The position numbers were made by a program, and so were the translations under genes. From assembly GCA_963701175.1 (NCBI GenBank), contig OY969573.1, positions 385,232 to 449,231 on the forward strand: 64,000 nucleotides of DNA, in the 5' to 3' direction. Positions 51,436 to 58,823 of the stretch are shown in pieces. The first letter of the stretch is position 1. Each line of letters starts with the position of its first letter. Below the pieces are notes generated by a model. The model did not search any database. It worked only from the letters and a program-made list of their open reading frames with translations, and was not told the origin of the DNA. The stretch comes from an uncultured Solirubrobacteraceae bacterium. GTDB lineage: Bacteria; Actinomycetota; Thermoleophilia; Solirubrobacterales; Solirubrobacteraceae.

Positions 51436-51702
51436 CCCCCCGGCGCTCAACCCAAGAGGTAAAAGGGAGCGCCGGGGGGACGACTGCCCAGCCGGGCCGA
51501 GCGTTCCGGCCGGGCGTTGCCCCGGTGATTACACACCGGGACAAACTATGGGGGGCCGTCTGCTTCGGTACCGACAGGGCCTAACAAACGACTCCCCCCG
51601 CCCACACTTGCCTTCCCGTGGGCGTGCCTCCGCGGAAAGGTAAACGGAGGCAAGCTGTCGGGCCGTCCGGGACCGGAGAAGTAGAGGGCACCGGACGGCC
51701 CG
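51436..51702. other. non-coding array of stem-loops
   Basis: stems at 51436-51479 (13 bp), 51486-51515, 51521-51540, 51601-51622, 51625-51652, 51659-51702 (12 bp). Confidence 0.75.
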
Positions 51703-51746
51703 CCCTGAGCACGGCTAGAGAAGGACCGCGCCCAAGCCTGTGAAGA

Positions 51747-52394
51747 TCAGCCTGCAACGTCCAGGCCCTCCAGCTCTGCCGCCTCTGCCACAGCTTCGCC
51801 GGGCTCCAGTTCGAGCAGTTCTATGCCGGGCGGCCGTGCCTTCCACCCTTGGATCACAGGCGCCAGCACGTAATCGTCCACAGGGAATGGCGGCATCGGC
51901 GCGATGCGTACGGCGTGGCAGAGAGGCACCCACTCCACCTGTGCTCGCGCCCACGCCTCCTGCGCGCGGCGGTACGCGTCTACCATCTCATGCAGCGCTG
52001 CGTCCGCCAGTTTGGAGGCTTTCTCAGCCTCCATGGCGAAGTCCTCGAAGTACGCGCTGTAAAGCTGCTCCAACTCGTACTCCAAATCCTTGCGGGAACT
52101 CAGCGCGCTGTTCGCACCGGCCAACGCCTTCTCGTACGCGTCGTCCGCGTTTGCCGCCCGCGTTTGGGCCTCAGTCAGTTGGGCATCGCTGCCCTTGCCC
52201 TTGGCCGCCGCGCTTTCGGCGTCTGCCAGCGCCCGGTGGAGCTTGCCTTGCAGGCGTTCTGCTTTCTGCCGGTAGCTCGTCTGTTGGCTGTAGTAGTCGT
52301 AACAACTCTGTATCTCTTGGCGCAGCCGGTCTCGCTCGCGGAGCGGATTGGGTTTGCTGCCTCTGAGTCCTCGTGCTTTGGCCATTGCCTTCAC
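51747..52394 (-). CDS. 215-aa alpha-helical coiled-coil protein
   Basis: heptad-rich Ala/Glu/Lys sequence; GTGA overlap with the upstream gene. Confidence 0.8.
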   Translation of the reverse strand: MKAMAKARGLRGSKPNPLRERDRLRQEIQSCYDYYSQQTSYRQKAERLQGKLHRALADAESAAAKGKGSDAQLTEAQTRAANADDAYEKALAGANSALSSRKDLEYELEQLYSAYFEDFAMEAEKASKLADAALHEMVDAYRRAQEAWARAQVEWVPLCHAVRIAPMPPFPVDDYVLAPVIQGWKARPPGIELLELEPGEAVAEAAELEGLDVAG

Positions 52395-52573
52395 CCTTCC
52401 GCTAGTACTGCGTTGACCTCGTCGATGCGCGCTGCCACTTCCTCTGTCGTCATTTTCTGTATACGTGGGATTGTTAGTTTCTCGGGCTGCTCGTCTTCCG
52501 CAGCCTGCCGCTCATCTTCTCGTCCCAAGTCGTAGGCTTTGCGCTCGGCGTCTGTGTCAAATTCTCTAGGCAC
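52391..52573 (-). CDS. 60-aa acidic helical protein, scaffold C-terminus-like
   Basis: SD AAGGAG, GTG 52573 overlapping the terL end; ends KMTTEEVAARIDEVNAVLAEG. Confidence 0.65.
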   Translation of the reverse strand: MPREFDTDAERKAYDLGREDERQAAEDEQPEKLTIPRIQKMTTEEVAARIDEVNAVLAEG

Positions 52574-54113
52574 TTTTGACTCCTTCCTTGACGAAGAATT
52601 GTCCTGCGGTAAACCCTTCTGGCTGCGCCTTGGCCACAGGCGCGTAGGTGGTGAATTGGTCGCTGGCCACGGATTGCAGGATTGGCACTTCCGGCACACA
52701 CAAGCCTCCCCCCGTTTCCACGGTGCCGCAGGCCAGCTCGGGCACCCTGGCGTCGGCCGGAGCCCGCACGGAGGCCGCTAGGTGTCCCAAATGACACACG
52801 ACGCGGTGGGCGCGCGGCGGTTTATGCGGCACGGTGGCCAGCATCAGGGAGTCGGCATGGTCGTCGTGGGTCGCGGCGTCCTCGGCCTCAATGTGAGTAA
52901 AGCCGCGCTCGCGCTGCTCAAAGCGCAGCCCGGCGAGCTGGCGCAGTAGGTCCGGATCGCGCGGTAGGACGAGCTGGCCGCGCTCAAGCATTCCCAGGAT
53001 GAGCGAGTAGCCCGTCGTTTTGGTCGCAGCGGTGGTGTGGACGAACTCCCAGCGGCGTTTGGTGCGGTCGTCGCGCTCGCTGCGTGATTGCGCGGCCAGG
53101 CGCCTAAGCTCGCTGCTGGGATAGGCCCCGACTCCGTTTACCTCGGTGGCCACATACGAGAAGGGCTTGAGATTGGCCACAGTCGCTTTGACGACCCTGT
53201 GCAGTTGTTCGCCGGGCGGCCAGCCGTAGGACAGCGCAACGAAGCGCGGCATCGGCTCTGCGTCTGGATTCAAGGCGCCCACAGGCAGTCGGAACACAGC
53301 CGCCACGCTGCAACAGTCGTAGGAGACGCCCGTGTCAAATCCCAGGATGCCTGTGGCCGGAATGCGCAGGTGCTCAAAGCGAGGGACCGCGATGTCGGCG
53401 GTGCAGCTCTCAAGAAGCTCCTGCGAGAACAGCGAGCCAATCGCGTCACCCCAAGTGCCATCCAGCTCGGCTGCCGCCTCGGCCCGGCTCATGCGTGAGC
53501 GCTCACGGGCTATGAAGTCGGCATCCAGCGTGGGATTCATGTCCATCGTCCAGCTGAACGAGGCGTAGTCCGAGTCGCCCTGCGCGCCGCGTTCATAGGC
53601 CCGACGGAAGAAGCCTTTTCCCCACGGGCTGCCCAAGATCAGGATTCGGCTACCGGTGCCGCGTTCATCCAGTGCGATGAAGCGCGCCGCGTTCCACATG
53701 TCGTCGGGCATGAACCCGGCCTCATCCAGAATGAGCAGCCGCACGCCTTTGCCCAGCCCGCGCACCTGGCGCTGCGAGGCGGGCAGCGACACGATTTCAC
53801 TCCGGTTGCTCAGAATGATGCGAGTGGCGTAGTCGTCCACCACGGCGCCGCGCGTGAGCGTGTGGGAGTTGAGGTCGTCGCCTATGGCTTCGCACACGCG
53901 CCGGGCGCTGTCCTGGCCCGCGCTCAGAATCACCACCTTGCATCCAGCGGTGCTGAAAGCGGTGTGCATCGCCTCAACCTGTGCAGTCTCAGTCTTGCCG
54001 GAGCGGCGTCCAGCGCTTACGACGCGGTAGAAAGCGGCGCTCTCCGTCAGGCGGCGCTGATGACCCCACAGCGGCCGGTGCAGGACCTTCTCTGCGAACT
54101 CCGCGACGTTCAT
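52566..54113 (-). CDS. terL: terminase large subunit
   Basis: LWGHQ, Walker A SAGRRSGKT, Walker B LLILDEAG, coupling motif GSP, nuclease GFDTG...EVNGVG...HDDHADS; ATG 54113 overlaps upstream TGA. Confidence 0.9.
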   Translation of the reverse strand: MNVAEFAEKVLHRPLWGHQRRLTESAAFYRVVSAGRRSGKTETAQVEAMHTAFSTAGCKVVILSAGQDSARRVCEAIGDDLNSHTLTRGAVVDDYATRIILSNRSEIVSLPASQRQVRGLGKGVRLLILDEAGFMPDDMWNAARFIALDERGTGSRILILGSPWGKGFFRRAYERGAQGDSDYASFSWTMDMNPTLDADFIARERSRMSRAEAAAELDGTWGDAIGSLFSQELLESCTADIAVPRFEHLRIPATGILGFDTGVSYDCCSVAAVFRLPVGALNPDAEPMPRFVALSYGWPPGEQLHRVVKATVANLKPFSYVATEVNGVGAYPSSELRRLAAQSRSERDDRTKRRWEFVHTTAATKTTGYSLILGMLERGQLVLPRDPDLLRQLAGLRFEQRERGFTHIEAEDAATHDDHADSLMLATVPHKPPRAHRVVCHLGHLAASVRAPADARVPELACGTVETGGGLCVPEVPILQSVASDQFTTYAPVAKAQPEGFTAGQFFVKEGVKSA

Positions 54114-54523
54114 CGGCTGGACGGGCTCGTTGGGAACTGCTCGCCGAATGCGGCGTAGGGCCGCCCGGACTCCCACCGCTTGGACGCCTGCTGAAACGAT
54201 TTCGGCGGGATCACGGTTTTCGGATTGATGCCGCGCTCCGGTGCGTGCTTGGGCGCGGTGTCCGTGGTCTGATGCATCTCGGGAGGGCTGACGTGCGCGG
54301 TCTCGCCCTGCGCGGCGTATGCCTCCACAGCCGGGATGAGTGCCACAGGCGTGGCAGGTTTGGGCTTCTCAAGATCGCTGAGCTGTGGGCCGTGCTGCGG
54401 GTAGTCGTCGGGGGTCGGGTTGTCGCTGGACTGGAACGGCGCCCGGCCAGGTGTCTCTAGTCCGGCCGGGACGCTGCCCACGTTGCCCCACGGCAGCGTG
54501 GGATTGGGGTTAGCTGACTTCAT
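54110..54523 (-). CDS. Pro-rich, probably disordered protein between terS and terL
   Basis: 137 aa; ATGA overlaps at both ends indicate translational coupling. Confidence 0.7.
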   Translation of the reverse strand: MKSANPNPTLPWGNVGSVPAGLETPGRAPFQSSDNPTPDDYPQHGPQLSDLEKPKPATPVALIPAVEAYAAQGETAHVSPPEMHQTTDTAPKHAPERGINPKTVIPPKSFQQASKRWESGRPYAAFGEQFPTSPSSR

Positions 54524-55005
54524 TCGGTACTCCCTTCGTCGTCGGATAAGCCGAGCTCGCGCAACTGCTGAGCGCGCAGCTTCGGGTCGGGATTGGACAT
54601 CGCGGTTGCCAGGTCGATTCGCTTGACGTCCACGCCCAACCGGGCGCGGGCGGCGGGATTCATGCCCAAGCTGGCGAGCAACTTGGCCGCTGTGGACGTC
54701 AGCCTGCGCTCCCAGTTGGCCGCGCTTCTCGGTTTGCCCTTGGCGTCCAGCGGACCGTGCTCGTCAATCCAAGCGCTGACGGACTCCAAGCGGGCCAACG
54801 TGCGGGCCGCCAGGCGCACCGTGTGGGCGTCCGCCGGGGGCAGTTGGTTGTTTGCCACGCGCACAGGCGCGGCGGCCGCCAGGGACTCGTACAGGCGGTC
54901 CTCAATCTCGCGCACGCGGACGGCCGGTGGCTCGGCGTTGGCGCCGTGGATGAGATGACGCTTGTTCCCTTTCGGCGGGGGAGGCGGCTTTCGCTTAGTG
55001 CCCAT
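54520..55005 (-). CDS. terS: terminase small subunit
   Basis: KGNKRHLIHGAN (GN.NA.KHG-like) and LGMNPAARARLG (P27-like LGLTP..RARL) motifs, upstream of terL. Confidence 0.78.
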   Translation of the reverse strand: MGTKRKPPPPPKGNKRHLIHGANAEPPAVRVREIEDRLYESLAAAAPVRVANNQLPPADAHTVRLAARTLARLESVSAWIDEHGPLDAKGKPRSAANWERRLTSTAAKLLASLGMNPAARARLGVDVKRIDLATAMSNPDPKLRAQQLRELGLSDDEGSTE

Positions 55006-55227
55006 CTCCAACCGTCCTTTCTCGTTTCGTACGCGAGAGGGGGTGCGCGAACTCCGCGTCCAGCTCCCCAGACAGGTATCCCCCCCGCCACGGGGTCACC
55101 CGGCACCGTGGAAGCGGCACAGGCCGCCGCTTGAGTGCCTGTTTTGCCGGTAGCGCATCGGCGTATAGACCCAGCAAACACGGGGTCCTACGCCGCAGGT
55201 CACAATGGGGTGACAATGCCCGCGGGC

Positions 55228-55527
55228 TCACTTGGCACCGCCCGCGCGTATCCAGGCGTCCAGCTCGGCGCGCTCAAATAACAGCCGCGCTCCCTCGTGC
55301 TCGTGCGGTATCCGACCCATGCTCACGAGCCGGTAAATACGGTGGCGACTGCATTTACAGTGCGCCGCCGCACCATCCACGTCCAACCACTCAGCCACAG
55401 GCTCCGCCGCCGGTAGCTGCGCAAGCACGCGCTCAGCTGCCGCTTGCACGACGGCCTCCATGAACGCGTCTGCCGCCGCCGGAGCGCGCGCAGCGCGCGG
55501 AGGCGGCTGTGCGGCGCGCTTCGTCAT
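55228..55527 (-). CDS. excisionase/AlpA-like HTH protein
   Basis: WLDVDGAAAHCKCSRHRIYRLVSMGRIP...RLLFERAELDAWI. Confidence 0.85.
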   Translation of the reverse strand: MTKRAAQPPPRAARAPAAADAFMEAVVQAAAERVLAQLPAAEPVAEWLDVDGAAAHCKCSRHRIYRLVSMGRIPHEHEGARLLFERAELDAWIRAGGAK

Positions 55528-55660
55528 GACGCGGACCTGATCTCCCGACACGTGAAGGAGTGCCTAATAGGGTCGGATCGCAGTCCTCCGCACTCGGCGC
55601 CCATATCGCGCCCGCGCGCTCTAACGTTGCGGCCACAGGCTGGATGGGGGCTCCGCGCGC

Positions 55661-57037
55661 TCACCGCTCCGCCTTCCGCTTGGCGCCCTTGCCACTACGG
55701 CGCCCACTACGGACACGCGTGGGGATGTCGGTTGTGTCTGTAGTAGCGGTAGTGGCTTTTGCAGGGGTTTTGCTACTACGGCTACTACGGTCAGTACGGA
55801 CGCCTATACGTGTGTCCGTAGTGGTGTCGGTAGTGGGCAGCAACCAGGACCACTCTGTCGGCGCTGGCACGCTGCCAGGGCGGCGCCTGTGGTAAATGCC
55901 CAGCTTGTCCCGGGCACGGGTTACGCTGCGCGCGTCGTAGCCGTCGGCCTCGCATTTCGCCACGATTGGCGATGCCAGATGCCACTGGCCGTCGTGCGGT
56001 AACAGCTCGCGAAGTAGGTCTTCTAGCCGCGCCGCTTTGGACGGGTTGCGCTCAGATTTGCGTTTCGCGGCGATCTGCGCAATGGCTTCGTCGGCTGACA
56101 GCTCGCCGCCGTCGCGCATGTCAACAGCTAGCGGGCCTGTGAGCTGTTCGCCGTGCTTGTTGCGAAACTGGTACTCGTCGATAGCAAACGTCAGCGCGTG
56201 CGGACGCTTGGCGTGATTGCTTTTTCCGTGGACAAGCAGCGTGCGCTCAGGCTCGTCAAGGTCATGGAACAGGAAGATGCTGCCGCGCGCTACCGCCCCG
56301 TATTGGTGAGCGCCAGGTGTGATGTCACGCGCGCTTTCTCCCGCCTTGTTTGTGTGCAGCGTCCCGATGACGGCGATGTCGGCGTCTTTAGCTAGCGTCT
56401 TAGCTGGACGCAGCGCGGCGCGGAGCTGCTTGGGGTGGTGGTCGTTGACCTCGACCCCGAGGTTGTCCACCAGTGAGTCCAGATACAGCACGCGTGCCCC
56501 CGAGTCATCGACTGCGTCACGTATGCGATCCTTGTCTCCCCCGAGCGTGATGTAGCCGTCGTCCGGCGGCTCCCATAGCTCGACGCGTCGCAGATCCGCT
56601 TTCGCGGCGTACAGGCGCGGCGTCCATACCGTGTCGAAGTCGTCCTCGTCGGCAATGACGGCGACGGTGACGGGTTCGCCGTGCAAGTCGCCGCGCAGCT
56701 TGCCGCGGGTAAGGCGTGCAAAGAGCCAAGGGACAAGCGTGCCCTTGCCGATGCCCTCTTCGCCGATCAGCAGCGTCAGGTACCCGAGAAGCACGCGGTC
56801 CTGCCACGCCCATTCGACTTGGCGGGCGCGTCGGATATCAGCCTTGCGACGCTTGAGCGGCGCGCGCGACTCCGACCTACCTTTAGCCGCCCGCGCTGCC
56901 GCCTCGTCTTCGATTTCTATGAGCCGGGCTGTCTCTCTAACGACGTCCTCACGGCTCGGTCCGTGGCCGTTCTGTTTCGCCGCCCATTCGGCCGCTTCGC
57001 GGTCGATACGCTCGGACGCTGTCTCGGTGGGGCTCAC
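55661..57037 (-). CDS. AAA ATPase / RepA-like replicative helicase with C-terminal winged helix
   Basis: Walker A GEEGIGKG, Walker B LYLDSL, HTNK, GAHQYGAVAR, KSNH. Confidence 0.85.
   Translation of the reverse strand: MSPTETASERIDREAAEWAAKQNGHGPSREDVVRETARLIEIEDEAAARAAKGRSESRAPLKRRKADIRRARQVEWAWQDRVLLGYLTLLIGEEGIGKGTLVPWLFARLTRGKLRGDLHGEPVTVAVIADEDDFDTVWTPRLYAAKADLRRVELWEPPDDGYITLGGDKDRIRDAVDDSGARVLYLDSLVDNLGVEVNDHHPKQLRAALRPAKTLAKDADIAVIGTLHTNKAGESARDITPGAHQYGAVARGSIFLFHDLDEPERTLLVHGKSNHAKRPHALTFAIDEYQFRNKHGEQLTGPLAVDMRDGGELSADEAIAQIAAKRKSERNPSKAARLEDLLRELLPHDGQWHLASPIVAKCEADGYDARSVTRARDKLGIYHRRRPGSVPAPTEWSWLLPTTDTTTDTRIGVRTDRSSRSSKTPAKATTATTDTTDIPTRVRSGRRSGKGAKRKAER
55694..55834. repeat. 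iteron-like ACTACGG repeats in both orientations inside the rep 3' end (candidate origin)
   Basis: ACTACGG at 55694, 55706, 55775, 55784; inverted exact copy at 55816 and variants at 55738, 55747, 55828. Confidence 0.65.
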
Positions 57038-57408
57038 TCCGGCTCACCGTCCCACGCTTCGACAACGCCGCCGAGCCCGAAGTAGTCCTCACTTACGGTA
57101 ATAAGGCGCGACCCGCGCCACGCTAAGTGAGGTTGGTCGCTATCAGGCGCGCCGCGTGCCGCGATGAACCGCCTGGCGCGGTCCCTACGGCTCCGGGCGC
57201 GTGCCCGCGGCCTGGCGGTGGCCGTAGCACGCGCAGGGCGCTTAGACGCCTTCGCGCCGGCGATGGCGCGGCGCACAAAACGGGGGAAATGCTCGACCTC
57301 GTCGCCGCAGCGCATAGGGCTGAGCCCGGCAATCTCGTCCGGCGACAATTGCGGCAGGCGATGGCGCCACGACCGCAGGCATTCGCGATGTTCGCGCTGT
57401 GCGCTCAC
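57034..57408 (-). CDS. Arg-rich hypothetical protein
   Basis: 124 aa; 4-bp overlaps with both neighbours. Confidence 0.65.
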   Translation of the reverse strand: MSAQREHRECLRSWRHRLPQLSPDEIAGLSPMRCGDEVEHFPRFVRRAIAGAKASKRPARATATARPRARARSRRDRARRFIAARGAPDSDQPHLAWRGSRLITVSEDYFGLGGVVEAWDGEPE

Positions 57409-57632
57409 GGCTTGTGTCCGTTCTGGCTTGGCCAGTCGATCTTGCCAAGCTCGGCTTCCAGCAGTTTCCTGGTGGACCTGAGTGGGTTGGGACTGCGGCC
57501 CGTCTCTATGTGGCTGATTCCCACATGCGTCATCCCGGTTCTGTCAGCGAGCTCGCGCAGACTGATTTTCATGCGTTTGCGCGCCGCGGCGACGGGATGG
57601 AGTGTGCCGTTCTTCGTTTCATTGAGCCGCAT
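57405..57632 (-). CDS. XRE/Cro-like HTH regulator
   Basis: RKRMKISLRELADRTGMTHVGISHIETGR. Confidence 0.85.
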   Translation of the reverse strand: MRLNETKNGTLHPVAAARKRMKISLRELADRTGMTHVGISHIETGRSPNPLRSTRKLLEAELGKIDWPSQNGHKP

Positions 57633-57642
57633 GTGTAGTATC

Positions 57643-57651
57643 AGTTTACCA
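57643..57651 (-). promoter_or_regulatory. extended -10 TGG-TAAACT for the cro-rep-xis-ter operon (near-leaderless)
   Basis: 10 nt upstream of ATG 57632; no SD seen. Confidence 0.55.
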
Positions 57652-57712
57652 CGCATGAATGGGCGGTCGGGCAGCGGCAACCCCGGCCAGGGCCACCGCT
57701 ACCCGCGCGTTC

Positions 57713-57976
57713 CTACTTAGGGGCGTAGCGGCAACGTGCGGTGATCGCCGCGCCCACCGCTCGCTCGGGCGAGTCACCCTCGTAGAGACGAGACGCGATT
57801 TCCCGCATCAGCGGGTGCAGCGCACTGATGGTGACGTCGGGCTGCCACTCCAGAAACGTCTCGATCTGCTCGCGCTGCTCTTCCACCGTCTCGGTAGGAC
57901 AGTCCAGCAATTGCTCCGTCGCCCACAACCGCAGCTCTGCCCGGCGCTCCTTCGACAGCTCTTTGGTCTTCGCCAT
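57713..57976 (-). CDS. hypothetical protein (element)
   Basis: 87 aa, SD AGGAGG. Confidence 0.7.
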   Translation of the reverse strand: MAKTKELSKERRAELRLWATEQLLDCPTETVEEQREQIETFLEWQPDVTISALHPLMREIASRLYEGDSPERAVGAAITARCRYAPK

Positions 57977-58159
57977 TTTCAGAACCTCCTTTCGTTAGGG
58001 GGTCCCAAAGTCCACCACCGGGAGCCCCGGCTGTGGGCAAATTCGAGCCCTAACACGCGCACGCGCGTTTATAGGGCCGCCAGAGTGCGTTTTCTTTCCG
58101 TCCTGGGCGGCTGATAGTTCTATATCCCCAAATCGTCGTGAATCGAAAGGAGCGGCCCC

Positions 58160-58450
58160 ATGGAGGCCGGAGAAATACGTTTTCAGCTGGAGATGCTGGG
58201 CAAAGACCTCGACCGATACAAGTCGGATCAGATAGTGGAGTGGCGGGTCGGCAAGGTCGCGAACGCCTTGATTGAGGAGGCCCGGGCGGCGTTGCCCGGC
58301 AACCCGGTGTTGGAGGCGATCGAGCCGTTTACACCGACCGTGCGACAGGGCGGCTACGTCGCGAAAGCGAAGGCCGCAGACGTAACCGCGATCGTGCGGC
58401 AGGCGGCGACGGTCCTTCCCGTGTCAGTGCCCAAATTCGCCGTCGTGTGA
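58160..58450 (+). CDS. hypothetical protein (element cargo, only plus-strand gene)
   Basis: 96 aa, SD AAAGGAG. Confidence 0.72.
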   Translation: MEAGEIRFQLEMLGKDLDRYKSDQIVEWRVGKVANALIEEARAALPGNPVLEAIEPFTPTVRQGGYVAKAKAADVTAIVRQAATVLPVSVPKFAVV

Positions 58451-58587
58451 GCTAGTCCCGCTCGGCCGTCCCTTGGCGGCAGATTGTGATTTTGATTGTC
58501 ACCCTGCCCTGTGGACGGCCCCTGCTCTCAGCAAAAACCGCCTACTTGCAGGCAGTTATCGCGCTCGGAGTCCCCGCGATTCGCTAC

Positions 58588-58599
58588 TCATCAAGTAGC
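58588..58599 (+). repeat. attR core TCATCAAGTAGC within inverted repeat CGCTACT-CATCA-AGTAGCG
   Basis: identical to 49254-49265. Confidence 0.9.
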
Positions 58600-58607
58600 G
58601 CGCTGCC

Positions 58608-58817
58608 CTACTCCGCCGCACAGAAAACCCCGCTCGTCGTGCGGGGTTTTCTGTCGCCCTCAGCGGCGTCGCTGCGCGCGTTCTTCCCGCTTGACCCTTT
58701 TCTGTTCTGCCCGTTTCCGCTCGGCTTCGCTCCTGGCACGGTTCTCGGCCTTTCGCCTTCGGCCGGAAGTGCCGCGGTCTCGGGCGCGGTCCCAGACCGT
58801 GCGTATCGCGGATACAC
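58608..58817 (-). CDS. possible small basic disordered protein
   Basis: 69 aa following the GH18 stop by 6 bp; no SD; runs through the terminator. Confidence 0.3.
   Translation of the reverse strand: MYPRYARSGTAPETAALPAEGERPRTVPGAKPSGNGQNRKGSSGKNARSDAAEGDRKPRTTSGVFCAAE
58620..58654. terminator. bidirectional intrinsic terminator (original GSIII terminator)
   Basis: 14-bp stem ACAGAAAACCCCGC/GCGGGGTTTTCTGT with 7-nt loop, 20 bp past attR. Confidence 0.85.
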
Positions 58818-58823
58818 CGGGGG

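Noticed and set aside
54995-55231. 78-aa ORF as an HNH endonuclease
   Set aside because: Lacks CxxC and HNH/CH motifs; more likely non-coding cis-acting DNA.
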